Notes under the pieces: model-generated
The model's database searches: none
Told to the model about the DNA's origin: nothing
What the model saw: only the letters and a program-made list of their open reading frames with translations
In this document: one piece after another, positions 7,909 through 18,710 of the stretch
How the letters are laid out: each line of letters opens with the position of its first letter
Numbering within the stretch: position 1 is the stretch's first letter
IMG/VR virus record: IMGVR_UViG_3300032046_000021
Span: 3,309 to 67,308 of that record
Reading direction: 5' to 3' (one strand)
Source: a virus
DNA: 64,000 nucleotides
Position numbers and translations under genes: made by a program

Positions 7909-8151
7909 ATGCCAATAATTGATGAAGAGGAATGGGAAAGTGGAACCGCTTCTACTTCAGGCGCTACTGAATCAATACTGGAAGCGTTCAAGAACTTAGG
8001 AGCAAACAAGGGCATGGACATGGCGGAAGTCAAGAAGATCACCGGACTCAAATGGATCTTTGGTCCCATGAAGCAGCTGGTTGAGGCCGGCAAGTTGGAG
8101 CGCAAGAAATTCGGCAAGCGGTTCGCGTATAGGCTTGTAGCCCAAGAGTAG
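7909..8151 (+). CDS. Small winged-helix DNA-binding protein
   Basis: SD GGAGGTGA; close paralog of 6141..6386; followed by a T9 run (8159-8167). Confidence 0.85.
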   Translation: MPIIDEEEWESGTASTSGATESILEAFKNLGANKGMDMAEVKKITGLKWIFGPMKQLVEAGKLERKKFGKRFAYRLVAQE

Positions 8152-8290
8152 GCTACAGTTTTTTTTTGTTCGATTAGTACAGAGTAGTAATCTGGTTAAC
8201 AATTACATTATTTGGATAGATTTGAGTTTAAATCGGAATTTGTAAGAAGTTTTTTGTAAACTAATAAACTCGGGATGCGGAGGTGATAAA

Positions 8291-8557
8291 ATGCCGATAA
8301 GTGCAGAAAGGGAAGGAGTAGATGTTAAGAAAGCATTTCCGCCAGGATACACAGAATACCGGAAGCTCCATCAAAAAGTAATGGTAGTTGCGAAGGTCGG
8401 GTACAACAATGACTGGGCTGCTTATTGTGGTCCGGTTGCAGGAATCAAATCTGAAGACGAGTGGCAGGATGTAGCAGATAACGGCGATAAAATCCCTAAA
8501 GGGATAGCTGAATTAATGTTTAGACACCTGGCCAAAATATACACATATAGGGAATAG
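8291..8557 (+). CDS. Hypothetical protein
   Basis: SD GGAGGTGA; DWAAYCG...VADNGDKIP motif. Confidence 0.7.
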   Translation: MPISAEREGVDVKKAFPPGYTEYRKLHQKVMVVAKVGYNNDWAAYCGPVAGIKSEDEWQDVADNGDKIPKGIAELMFRHLAKIYTYRE

Positions 8558-8651
8558 GGATCATGCGAAATGTGCAAGAAAATACACAAAGGAGTATGTG
8601 CCAATTTAGGTTCAAAGTTACCTCTTTGTGAGCAGTGGAGGAGGTGAGAAC

Positions 8652-8714
8652 GTGATAGAAGAAAAGAAAGTAGACGAAGAAGAAGACGAAGATTGGGAAG
8701 ATGAAGAAGAGTAA
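8652..8714 (+). CDS. 20-aa acidic micropeptide MIEEKKVDEEEDEDWEDEEE
   Basis: Strong SD GGAGGAGGTGA 4 nt before a GTG start; below the ORF-track size cutoff. Confidence 0.5.
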   Translation: MIEEKKVDEEEDEDWEDEEE

Positions 8715-8792
8715 GCCCCTAGAGTCTTTGCAAATTAAGACGAAGCGAACTTTTTTCTCGTAGGGCGACATAAGTAACGGAGGTGGAAATGT

Positions 8793-8960
8793 ATGGATAT
8801 ACAGGTAAAGGAATCAAAGAACGTAACGACTCTCATCTTCTATACCACTTCAGATCGACTGGCAAATGCCAAGGCCGCTATCGAAGAGATGAAGCCAATT
8901 CTTGAGAAGCACGGGTTCATAGTTGAGAACGTTCGAGAGAGTCTAACGAAAAGACCTTAG
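8793..8960 (+). CDS. Hypothetical 55-aa protein
   Basis: SD GGAGGTGG; ATG 8793 to TAG 8960. Confidence 0.6.
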   Translation: MDIQVKESKNVTTLIFYTTSDRLANAKAAIEEMKPILEKHGFIVENVRESLTKRP

Positions 8961-8987
8961 TAGTGAGTTCCCTTACAATGTAAGGAG

Positions 8988-10144
8988 GTGAAAAGTATGG
9001 AACCTAAATGTATACATGTTCTTGATGGAATAGTGGAATGGACTGGTTGTCTCACTGGTTACCAACACTGCAGCATTTGCAGTAAGCAAGTGCCTTTTGT
9101 TGTACCAGAAGTACGCTGTAAAAGAAAGGCCAAACACTGCGGATACCGGCTACCGGATGGAGTATGTGTTCCAATTTCCAGGTACGATTACTTGTTTGAG
9201 TGCTCGAAGAAGTGATGGGGAGGTGAAGTAGATGGCAGTTAAACTGAAGTGTACGCAGTTCATTGAACAACATCTGAAGGCTTATCTTAAGGATGGAGAT
9301 TTGTTCAAACTATTGAAGAATATGCTGGCAGATGCTAGGAACTACGGTACAGACACACATCATTATGCACTCATCAAGGAACTCGAGCGTATATGTATTG
9401 AACAGGGAGTGAGTCGGTGAATGCTTTGGAACTGCGTTAAAGCAATGTTAGGTCTTAGAGTTAACGTTCATCTGGCCGACGGTTCGGTTGTTGTGAACGT
9501 GAGAGTAAACAAGTTGGACCGAAACTTCTACGGTAAGCCAATAGTGCAGGTAGATTCCAGGTTTATTCTTCTCAGTAGCATAGCTTATATGGACAAACTT
9601 TCGGAGGTGATGTTAGGTGAAGACTGAAAAAGTTGTTACCATGGTTTGTCCTAGTTGCAAAGCTGAGTTTGAACCGGAGCCAATCATTATGATTCAGAAA
9701 GATGGCAGTACACGCATGGAACTTCATTTGAAGAAAACCTGCAAATACTGTGGCAAAGGATTAGTTCGGAGAGTTGAAAAACATGCCGTGGATAAGGGAC
9801 CGGGAGCTGCACCCTGAGTGGGAACAGCGGTACCAGGAACCTGCCAGGGTAATGCTAATGCTCTGTGGAGCAAAGATATTCATGAATGCTGAGAGAAAGG
9901 ATACGCAGATCGAGGTTTGGCTGAGTTGGATGAAGATGGGGGTTGCAGGGTAGGAGGTGATTTGATGCCATTTAGTTGTGGGAAACCAGAACACGTGGAA
10001 CAAGTACTTGTTCACGCATTGTGCTTATCGAACGTCGACATGGCAAAAGTGAGGACTCTTGATCCCGAAACTGTGCAAGTGAAATGTGAACGCTGCGACG
10101 ATAACGCCCGGTATCACATCGTTCCAATCAAGTTCGGCGAATGA
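8988..10144 (+). CDS. Run of small early genes: 8988..9215 Cys-rich; 9232..9420; 9421..9627 Sm/LSm-like; 9617..9817 Zn ribbon; ~9965..10144 Cys-rich
   Basis: Tightly packed, most preceded by GGAGGTGA; CxxC pairs. 9421 has an Sm-like 'LGLRVNVHLADGSVVVNV'. Confidence 0.65.
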
Positions 10145-10213
10145 GGTTGAAACGGTGAACGAGGTAAACTCATAAACACATTTTTTAAATAATTATTCTG
10201 GCCATTTAGTATT

Positions 10214-10867
10214 ATGCAAGAACTTGGCTGGAGTTCGAAGATACCAACTATCGAACATAGGGAGAAACTGTTCACTGAACAAGTCAAAATGTTTTTTGAG
10301 GGAAAAGGTTTCGAAGTGAAAAGAGGTTACCACAAAGGAAGATCAAGTAACGGTATAGTTATACCGGATTTGATTTTGAATGATAGAATAGCAGTTGAAG
10401 TCAAATATATGAGATGTTCACCGATCAATCAACTAGTAGGAGGGTTGGGACAATGTGTGTATTATTTACTTGAGTACTCAGAGGCATATTTGGTTGTTAA
10501 TGAGCTAGAAGGGTTTTCCTATTTCAATGTTATTGCAATAAAAAAAGCAGTGCCGAATTTGCATTTATGGGTAATAACGAAAGAAAGTGGTTTGGAAGTA
10601 ACTAATAATGTATTGGCAATTCCAAAAACTGACTCAAAACCCACTATTGTACAAAAGATTCTGGAAATTCTAGAAGAAGACAAATATTATACAACAAGGG
10701 AAGTGCAACAGATGTTACCTGATATTAAGAGTTTGACAGTGTATCAGGCATTATATCGTATGGCGTATGGGGGTTTATTAGAACATTCTGCACTTATGGT
10801 AGATAATAGGAGAGTAACAGATAAGAGGAGAGTAACGTATTGGTCAAAACATAGTAAGGGAGAATAG
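10214..10867 (+). CDS. PD-(D/E)XK nuclease with C-terminal wHTH
   Basis: IPDLILNDRIAVEVKY...GLGQCVYY; C-terminal YTTREVQ...ALYRMAYGGLL. Confidence 0.75.
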   Translation: MQELGWSSKIPTIEHREKLFTEQVKMFFEGKGFEVKRGYHKGRSSNGIVIPDLILNDRIAVEVKYMRCSPINQLVGGLGQCVYYLLEYSEAYLVVNELEGFSYFNVIAIKKAVPNLHLWVITKESGLEVTNNVLAIPKTDSKPTIVQKILEILEEDKYYTTREVQQMLPDIKSLTVYQALYRMAYGGLLEHSALMVDNRRVTDKRRVTYWSKHSKGE

Positions 10868-11205
10868 ACTATGGGGGAGCTAGATAAAATTTTGGAACGT
10901 CTCAAGCAAGAGAGTAATATCCAAATTATCGTTACTGGAACTTGTCAACAGGGACTGGTTGAAGTTCCGTGCGTATTAACGTTAACACCTGCTGCTGACG
11001 GAATAAAGTATTATGATAGATGGTGGGTCAGGAGCGGGTATGTTGAGAAAACTACAGTATTAGTGGTGAAAATTGATGAACCTCGGTTTTAAGAAACTAT
11101 ACAAGAGGGTAAATACCTCACGAATAAAGAAGGTTATACTGCAACCTTCAGAAGTTAGAATTGTGAAGTTTCTTCTCGAGTATTATATAACAAAGGAGGG
11201 ATTAG

Positions 11206-12057
11206 ATGGACAGAAAAAGGGTGGGTCCTCGCCAACTAGTGGTCTTGAGGATCTTGAAAGAATACCAAGCACCAATTAGAGGATACCAATTGCATAATGC
11301 AGGCAATGAGGATCCTCTTTATCAAAAAGCGAGGGGTGAAGGTTTCTGGAAAGAAGATTTCTCATCTTTCATGAAAGGAATGGTCAGGAGAGGGCTAGTA
11401 CAGAAAATTGAGTTACCATTGAACCAAGTGTTTTACTCGTTAACAAGGGAAGGATTTAGTACATACTTAGCTCAATGTGAGCCGAAGAGAGCATTAGCGG
11501 TTGAAGTAATGAAAGCGACTCGAATGCTAAAGAGAGCGTTAAGGTATTATCATGGAGACAAAGAATTAGGTGAATTGTTAGCTATTGCTCGTACACTTCC
11601 TGCTGAAAATGTAAGTAAAATGATTATACGTTATGTTGGAAATGAGAAAGGTAGATCCGATTTTCGGAGATCTCAGGATCCAAACTCTGCTTATGCAGCA
11701 GATGAACAAATGAAAGTGGCAAAGATTTACGGTGGCTTGTTGGAACTTTTGGAACCTACACTTGCAGATAAAACTAGAGCGGAAACGACGAAAGTTGCAG
11801 AAGCACAATTTATATACCAACATGAAAAAGACATTGCACACCGTGCAACTATAGTAACCAAGGTTCTAGGATACTGCATATTCTGTGGTGCACAGATACA
11901 TAATGAGGAAGCACATAGGGATGAACAGTTGTTGAAGAAGTACGCAGGTGCGAAGACGGGCATGGTTTGTTGTTCATGTTTTAGGAGCTTGGAGTGGGTT
12001 GAGAAGTATCTAACAGTTAAGGAGGTGATTGATGATGCAAGTGTTGCAACAGCATAA
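11206..12057 (+). CDS. wHTH plus C-terminal Zn-finger protein
   Basis: MVRRGLVQK...FYSLTREG wing motif; CIFC...CCSC. Confidence 0.6.
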   Translation: MDRKRVGPRQLVVLRILKEYQAPIRGYQLHNAGNEDPLYQKARGEGFWKEDFSSFMKGMVRRGLVQKIELPLNQVFYSLTREGFSTYLAQCEPKRALAVEVMKATRMLKRALRYYHGDKELGELLAIARTLPAENVSKMIIRYVGNEKGRSDFRRSQDPNSAYAADEQMKVAKIYGGLLELLEPTLADKTRAETTKVAEAQFIYQHEKDIAHRATIVTKVLGYCIFCGAQIHNEEAHRDEQLLKKYAGAKTGMVCCSCFRSLEWVEKYLTVKEVIDDASVATA

Positions 12058-13069
12058 TCAGCAAGTAGTAGTACTTGAACAGGAAGAGACTTTCAAAATT
12101 CCAACCAACTGCTGGGCATTTGTGGAGGAAAAAGATGGCAAGAGAACGCTAGTGCAGGAGTTGGAAGTAAAGGGCTCCGTAGTTCCAAAGCTAGTGCTAG
12201 TACCTAAGGTAGCTGGTGGTTAGATATGACTAGATATTGTATGTCGGAGAAGGTCAGGTCGGGCAGAGAAGGATGCCACTATTGGAAATGGGGACAGTGT
12301 ACTGCTAACTTTAAGTGCAATCATGCTAGGGTCATGACTCCGGCTGAATATAAGCAAGTGTGTGAGCAGGAAAGGGGGTGACTTGATGAAGGTCGAAATA
12401 TGGCTAGGAAAACTTGTTGACAAAGACACCTATAGTTTAGAATTTGATGACAGTGTTGCAGGTCAACGACATTTAACCGTAGCAGTTCTCCATTATAAGG
12501 AGGGAAAAATAGTTGAACGAACAATACTCGGAATCGTCAATAAGTCCGACGTTGAACGACTTGCCAAAATCGCGTAAGGCCTTTCGGGAAACCGTTTGCG
12601 GCTGCCTCTCCTTTCTCCCCCTTTCCGTAGTAGCTGCACCGTCCCAAAGAGAGGTATGCGGAGGTGAGATAGTGAAACAGATAGTTCTGACAATTAACGT
12701 TTCAGAGGAGCGTTCAAGAGAGGTGCTTGTTGAGATATCGAAGTTTACAGCAGCAATTTCGAACGCGTGTGGAACAATAACGCAGTCAGTAAATAGTATG
12801 TAAGGAGGTGAAGTAACGATGTTTGAGGATAAGAAGTGGAGTGACGCGCTCAAGAAGGCTGCAGAGCAACTCTTTTTGCGCATAACACATTCTGACGATG
12901 TTGCTAAGCTAGTCGAAATGGCAATTGAGGAAGGTCGACAAGAAGTGCTAGACGATCCACGCAAGTTCGATCTTTACAGTGAAGATGATGCGAATGACAG
13001 AGCACGTGAACGAGAGCCACAAAGAGATGAGTCGAGAGATTGAGGAGGTGGAATTAAACCGTCAGATCG

Positions 13070-13135
13070 GAAACGGTGAAACGTTTTTACTACCTATGTA
13101 AAATATATGAGTAGTTAAACCGTTTTTCCGTTTTC
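13070..13135. repeat. Inverted pair of the GAAACGG-N-AAACGG-TTTACTAC motif
   Basis: GAAACGGTGAAACGTTTTTACTAC ... GTAGTTAAACCGTTTTTCCGTTTTC. Same motif as the repeats at 3853 and 4483. Confidence 0.75.
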
Positions 13136-13166
13136 AAGGGCTGTTTACTCGAGGAGGTGAAATCGT

Positions 13167-13541
13167 TTGGTAACTGCGAAAAATAAAAGGGAATTCATAA
13201 CTACATGGAATGAACATATCAACCAGCTAGGCGAATTAGCGTACTCATTACCAGCTGCAAGGGCTAAAGTGTTCTTTGATACACATAAGGAATTACTTCA
13301 ATTCGTGAAAGAGGCTGCAGATTTTACGTTTGTCGATTGTGAGTTCTATAGACTCACGCCTAAGGAGCATCAGTGTGTTGAAGGGGATTGTTACAATGGG
13401 TGCACTGAAGCGACTAAGCTTTTTGGGAACTGTTGCATGAAGTGCCCGAAAGCAATGAAGTGTGATGCTGGTTGCATGAAGACTGAAGAATTGAAGTGTA
13501 GTATTGTGAAGAGGGAGGTGAAGAAGTCAAAATGCCGATAG
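13167..13541 (+). CDS. Hypothetical protein with Cys-rich C-terminus
   Basis: SD GGAGGTGA, TTG start, many cysteines in the C-terminal half. Confidence 0.65.
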   Translation: MVTAKNKREFITTWNEHINQLGELAYSLPAARAKVFFDTHKELLQFVKEAADFTFVDCEFYRLTPKEHQCVEGDCYNGCTEATKLFGNCCMKCPKAMKCDAGCMKTEELKCSIVKREVKKSKCR

Positions 13542-13696
13542 ATTGGGAATCAGGGAAAGATGCCCGCATAAAAGGGCATCCTGCACAGTGCAAGTTGTAC
13601 CCAAGCCATAGTACAGATAAGAAGGGTCGTTGTAAGACCTTTTATAAGTGTAATAGTGCAGGTAAGGCACAGTGCATTGCTAAGGGGGATACTTAG

Positions 13697-15127
13697 TTGG
13701 AGACGAAGAAAATATACGGAGCACCTGGAACTGGCAAGACTTCACAACTAATGCAAGTTGTTGTGAATGAATTGAAATCCGGACTAAGCATCGAAGACAT
13801 CTCGTATATGGGATTCACTAGGGCTGCTTGTACAGAAGCGTTAACTAGAGCGGCAAAGGTTGCAACGTTTCCAGATAAAACGCGGTATTGGTTCAAGACT
13901 ATTCACGCGACGTGTCTGCATTTGCTGATGAAAGCAGGGTTAGGAAACGAACGAACAATTGCGAAGTGGTCGGATCTAAAGACATTCTGTGAAGTCAATG
14001 GACTAGAACCGCCGAATATGAACGATGAGGATACTATAATGGGAGGTCAAGTTTCTACAGGCACTGCATTCTTTTCCACCTACAGTTATCTTTTGAACAC
14101 TTTTAGGAAACCTAATCAATATGAAGAGTGTCCACACGCTGAAGTGTTTGATGGATTGAAGTACGAAGAGCTACATGATGCGTGGGACGAGTATAAGGTT
14201 AAGCATAAGTTGATGGATTTTTCGGACATGCTTGTTGAGACAGTTGAGCATGGTCTGACGGTTCCTACGACTGTCTTAATAGTGGACGAGTTCCAAGATA
14301 TCAGTCCACTACAACTAGCACTGATAAAACAGTTTTCGGTTGGCAAAGAGAGTGTGTATGTTGCTGGAGATGACGACCAGGCATTGTATGGGTTCCAGGG
14401 TGCCGATCCTAGGCTAATGCTCGAATATGATGCAAACACAATTGAGGTATTAGGTAACTCGTATCGATGTCCTGAAGAGGTATGGGAGCCATCAATGCAA
14501 TTGATTAACTTGAACAAGAATAGACAGTTCAAGGATGTTCAATCAAGAGGCTCAGGTGGTTCGTTTAGGGAGATGAGTTTGGGCAGGTATTTCAATCAAC
14601 TTTTGTATCACATCAGGGGTCCTACTTTCCTACTTGCGAGAACGAATCAATTGGTAGGAAAGATAGCGTGGCAACTCGCCTTTAATGGAGTCCTTTTTAA
14701 GTATCTGGACGAAGAGAAAGATAGGGTTTGGGGTTGGAATAAGAAGAGGACTTTGGCGATGAATTGGATTCTTAAGACTGGATACAACAGGTATCGGGCG
14801 TTTGATAAGATTGCAGATAAAGAGAACTGGGCACAGGGAACTCGGACGTTCATGAAGTGCTACCTAAAGCACATACAAATAGTAGATCCTGCTAATATCA
14901 ATGTGAAGATAGGAACTATTCATTCAGCGAAAGGAAGAGAAGCAGATACGGTAATCGTCTTCAATGATTTGACTAAAAGGGTGTCTGTGGCTATGGAAAC
15001 TGAGGAAGGCCTTGAAGCAGAACGTAGAGTTTGGTATGTTGCGATGACTAGAGCAAAGCAGCAGTTGTTTTGGGTTGATGGGTTTTTCAAGACAGGAAAT
15101 GGGTTCATGTTGGGAGGGAATGAGTGA
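13697..15127 (+). CDS. UvrD/Rep-like SF1 helicase
   Basis: GAPGTGKT, VDEFQD, GDDDQALYGFQGA, NSYRCP, TIHSAKGRE, YVAMTRAK. Confidence 0.95.
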   Translation: METKKIYGAPGTGKTSQLMQVVVNELKSGLSIEDISYMGFTRAACTEALTRAAKVATFPDKTRYWFKTIHATCLHLLMKAGLGNERTIAKWSDLKTFCEVNGLEPPNMNDEDTIMGGQVSTGTAFFSTYSYLLNTFRKPNQYEECPHAEVFDGLKYEELHDAWDEYKVKHKLMDFSDMLVETVEHGLTVPTTVLIVDEFQDISPLQLALIKQFSVGKESVYVAGDDDQALYGFQGADPRLMLEYDANTIEVLGNSYRCPEEVWEPSMQLINLNKNRQFKDVQSRGSGGSFREMSLGRYFNQLLYHIRGPTFLLARTNQLVGKIAWQLAFNGVLFKYLDEEKDRVWGWNKKRTLAMNWILKTGYNRYRAFDKIADKENWAQGTRTFMKCYLKHIQIVDPANINVKIGTIHSAKGREADTVIVFNDLTKRVSVAMETEEGLEAERRVWYVAMTRAKQQLFWVDGFFKTGNGFMLGGNE

Positions 15128-15444
15128 TGGTCTTTATACGGAGTAATCTCGAAATTGATATGCTTATTTTGGAAAAGTGTACAAATCGAGCTTTACGATT
15201 GTGTGAGATAATTAAACTCATACGTAGTTCACCTTACCACATTCTAGACCGGATAGTAACTCTTAACAAGAAAGACTTGTTAGAAATTAATGTTCAATCT
15301 CATCAGTATAGGAGTGGCTCGGGAAAAATGTTGTTAACGAAAGATCCAAAAAAGTATCAAAGGAAAATCTATAAGACTACTCCTTCAGGATTAAGACTGG
15401 TTTCTATGTGGAAACAGATAAAGGAGGTGTATGAGTATGGTTAA
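15124..15444 (+). CDS. Winged-helix protein
   Basis: IYKTTPSGLRLV wing motif. Confidence 0.6.
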   Translation: MMVFIRSNLEIDMLILEKCTNRALRLCEIIKLIRSSPYHILDRIVTLNKKDLLEINVQSHQYRSGSGKMLLTKDPKKYQRKIYKTTPSGLRLVSMWKQIKEVYEYG

Positions 15445-15643
15445 AGTTCCAAAGAAAGTTTGGGACGCAATACTTGCTGTTCGAGACTCAGGCAAGACGA
15501 ATATGCTTGATTGGCGAGCTGTGCAGGTTTATTGTAGTGAGAACGAGGAACATGAGGCAGTGGTTTGGATTCAGGATCATCATAAGGAGTGGGGAGAGGT
15601 AATATTGATTGGCCCTGAGGTAGTTGAAGATGAGAAAAAGTGA
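15431..15643 (+). CDS. DUF5049-like protein
   Basis: AILAVRDSGKTNMLDWRAVQ. Confidence 0.65.
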   Translation: MSMVKVPKKVWDAILAVRDSGKTNMLDWRAVQVYCSENEEHEAVVWIQDHHKEWGEVILIGPEVVEDEKK

Positions 15644-16565
15644 ACTAATGCCTATTGAGATGGTCACTATGCTCAACAGGACATATGCGTATACGTTGGA
15701 GGAGATTTCGAAGATTATAAAGGTACCTATACATAAAACGAAAGCATTGGTTGAGGATGCATTAGCTCAGGAGTTATTGGAGTTTCAAGATTTTGAGTTA
15801 GAGAGAGGGTTAACGAAGGATCTAGTGCAAGTGAAGAGAGTACGTTATTATAAACGAATCTTTTGAGGAGGTGTTGTTATGGCAAAGATAGAAATAAGTA
15901 GTGTGGCAGATTTGACTCTATGGATTATAGAGATGGTTGTGAAGTCACGTAACATTGACGAGCTAGTGAAGAATCAACTGCTGATAACGAAGGTTGTCTC
16001 TTACTATAAAGAGACAGTACCAGGTATAGTTCGAAAAAGGATGAAATATCTGGTAGTTGATGATGTTACCAGTAAAATTGAACTGAAATATATTCCATGG
16101 AGTTGATAAAGATGCCATTTGAATGGCCGAAAGGTCCTGAACTAAAAGTGAGTCCAAAACCCCCCAAAATCAACGAAGAGTCTGCCCATCAGTGTGCTGG
16201 CTGTTTCTACAACTACCGACATCCTCACTTTAGAGTAGGAACTGATTGGAATAGCACAACAACTATTGTTTGGGAATGCAACCTCCGACTTATGAGAACA
16301 ACAATGCTTAAAAAGTACGATCATAGAACAAGAGTTGTGTTAGAGTACCATGATTTTTACGAGGAGAGATTCGGAAAAACTCCTTGCCCAGAAAAGAGCA
16401 CTCTAAAGAAGTCAAAGTGGACTGTTGACTTCAAGTCAACCTCATCTCTTAATAGAGCGTCAAGAGAGTTCGAGCAATGGTTACATAGAAATAAACTTGA
16501 GGAGTATCAGAGAAAAAGAGACTTCAACATAACACCAGAACCGAAAGAATAGAAGGAGGAATAAA

Positions 16566-16925
16566 ATGCCTATAAGTAAAGATAAATTCAAGCAGGGGGA
16601 ACTCTACACCATCATGCGTTTAGAAGATGTGATGGAACCCGATCAAGCATACCAAATAAAAGAGATAGCAGTGATGGTCAAGCGTACACCTATGCGAATA
16701 GGGTATAAACTCCGTGAACTCGAAAAAGACGGTAAGGCCGAGTGTAGACGCGTGGAGGGCAAAATTGTTTGGGCGTTGACGGAGAATGCCTATTTTGAGG
16801 GAACTGTTAAGGCAGATAAACAGAAGTTGAGAATTAGAGGAAGGCCAGTTAAGGAGGCTAGAATGAGGGGCAAGAAGGGACAGAAACCCACCTACGTTGG
16901 TAACAAAAAAACTAAACCTACTTGA
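16566..16925 (+). CDS. Winged-helix protein with basic tail
   Basis: MPISKDKFKQG N-terminus; LRELEKDGKAECRRVEGKIVW. Confidence 0.75.
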   Translation: MPISKDKFKQGELYTIMRLEDVMEPDQAYQIKEIAVMVKRTPMRIGYKLRELEKDGKAECRRVEGKIVWALTENAYFEGTVKADKQKLRIRGRPVKEARMRGKKGQKPTYVGNKKTKPT

Positions 16926-16985
16926 CAACTAAATTTTTATATATTTACTCATGGTCATTTGAATGATGACTAAGCTCTAGGGGAG

Positions 16986-17225
16986 GTGAAAATGGAAATG
17001 TGTCCAATAAGTGCCGACGAGTTTGAAAAGGGCAAGAGTGCAACCAAGAAGGACCTCACGGAGGTTCTAGAAGAGGGCAAAGGGTATACCACGAAGGAGG
17101 TAGCAGACCTCATCGGGCGTTCGTGGGGCATAGCAAAGAACATCCTCAAGGCTGCAGCCGACGAAGGCACAATAGAGGTAAAGAAAGTTGGAAGAAGTAT
17201 CTACTGGCGCCTGAAGCCTCAGTAG
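16986..17225 (+). CDS. Small winged-helix protein
   Basis: PISADEFEKG...YTTKEVADLIG...IEVKKVGRSIYW; own TATA at 16936 and SD GGAGGTGA. Confidence 0.85.
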   Translation: MKMEMCPISADEFEKGKSATKKDLTEVLEEGKGYTTKEVADLIGRSWGIAKNILKAAADEGTIEVKKVGRSIYWRLKPQ

Positions 17226-17352
17226 ACTTCCAGGTTTCTTTCCCCTCCTTCTTTCCTCTATTTTTGTTATAAAGTGGAATATGTGGTCAACAGGGAAACT
17301 GCTTGCCACATGTTTTATATATTTATGTACCCATAATTGACCATAAAGCCTT

Positions 17353-17592
17353 TTGGCCATAAAATCTAGAGGGGTGTTTATGGGAGTATCGGAAACGATT
17401 TCAAGCGAAGAGCTGGATAACGAGATAGTTTTTTTTGCACAGATACGAGTTAACAATCAAATCACAATACCAAAAGAGTGTATGGAGGCAAAGAAACTGA
17501 AACCAGGAGACGTGATAGCTATTGCTGTTCTGAAGATAGTTGACGGCACAGTGACTTGGAGTAACATGAAGTCACGACTACAGGGGAGGTGA
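17353..17592 (+). CDS. AbrB/MazE-type DNA-binding protein
   Basis: NNQITIPKECMEAKKLKPGDVI; TATA at 17314. Confidence 0.8.
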   Translation: MAIKSRGVFMGVSETISSEELDNEIVFFAQIRVNNQITIPKECMEAKKLKPGDVIAIAVLKIVDGTVTWSNMKSRLQGR

Positions 17593-18710
17593 AAAGAATG
17601 AGTAAAATGTCAGAATTTACTACCAAGGTTCTTAGTGAGTGGGCAACTCAACTTGGTAGAGAACCAGCCGAGCTTACGAAGATGTATAATGATGCGTATG
17701 AGATTCTAGCAAAGATGGGCAAGCCAGCGGATCAATTAGAAGAGATGGCAAAAACCAGAGTTAGGTCACAGTTGAGAAACGAATTCGCATCACCTGCAGT
17801 TTCATTCCGGGGCCGTATATTAGCGAAGAGCGACGCATTTAACGTAAATGCGAATGCTTGGGAAGAAGCTGCGGAAATGAATAAGAGTCCAGAAAGGCAA
17901 CAGTGGATCGATCAGAGGGCAATCAACGAAGCAGGCCAACCACTCGATATGAGAGAGATTTTCTCGAAATCCAAGAAGAAGAATCCGAACTTCGGAAAGA
18001 TCCTACCCAAAGAGAATTTCCTCGCGAACGTTTTTGGAGTCTTTTTGTCAGCTAAAGGAGACCCGCTTCCAGGCAAAGTAACGTTGAGTGGCAAGAAGGC
18101 GAAGATTGTGGTTCCAGTTGATGTACCAGTGCAGGTTAGGCTAAATGATAAGTCAGAGAAAGGTGCAACCTATCGAACACTTTCGTCAGGTACTCCGACA
18201 GAATTCAAGCCAATACAGGATCCAGACATCCCCGACGCTGAAACGTTGATAACGATGTATTGTGAGCAGTTCTTTACAACCCTAAAGCACTTAGAGTCAG
18301 TACATCAGGCGTTCATTCCAGCAAATGCAACTAAGCCAGATCCTACTAGGATTACAGTCGTAGAGGCAGAATTGATTAGCTTGGATAGTGAGGTTAATCC
18401 AAAATCTCACAACTACAGAATGGTCATAGGCGACGAGAGTTTAGGGTTTACGGAAAAGGAAAGACGTGGTACAACTGTATGGGTTTCAGAAGCCATATAT
18501 CCAGCAGTCAAAGATGCAGGACGGGGTACAAGGATGTACGTGATAGGCCAGACTACACAGCCGCAAACGAGTAGAGACTTTACGACCGGCGAGACAGTGA
18601 ACAAGCCAGGAGACGTAGGCATTAATGCAATGGGCATATTCGTCAAGAAGGGTTGGTTGATGCCAAAGGATGAGCAGCCGTTCGAGGAAACTGCGGAGGT
18701 TGAAGCGTAA
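17589..18710 (+). CDS. Putative ssDNA-binding (RPA/OB-fold-like) protein
   Basis: 373 aa with a helical N-terminus, beta-rich OB-like segments (MVIGDES...TTVWV...MYVIGQT) and an acidic C-terminal tail; lies in the replication module. Confidence 0.45.
   Translation: MKRMSKMSEFTTKVLSEWATQLGREPAELTKMYNDAYEILAKMGKPADQLEEMAKTRVRSQLRNEFASPAVSFRGRILAKSDAFNVNANAWEEAAEMNKSPERQQWIDQRAINEAGQPLDMREIFSKSKKKNPNFGKILPKENFLANVFGVFLSAKGDPLPGKVTLSGKKAKIVVPVDVPVQVRLNDKSEKGATYRTLSSGTPTEFKPIQDPDIPDAETLITMYCEQFFTTLKHLESVHQAFIPANATKPDPTRITVVEAELISLDSEVNPKSHNYRMVIGDESLGFTEKERRGTTVWVSEAIYPAVKDAGRGTRMYVIGQTTQPQTSRDFTTGETVNKPGDVGINAMGIFVKKGWLMPKDEQPFEETAEVEA

Noticed and set aside
12575-12665. GC/pyrimidine-rich intergenic segment as a tRNA-like RNA
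   Set aside because: Only short stems and no T/D-loop consensus; it could be a terminator or 5' UTR, and the evidence is too weak to call.
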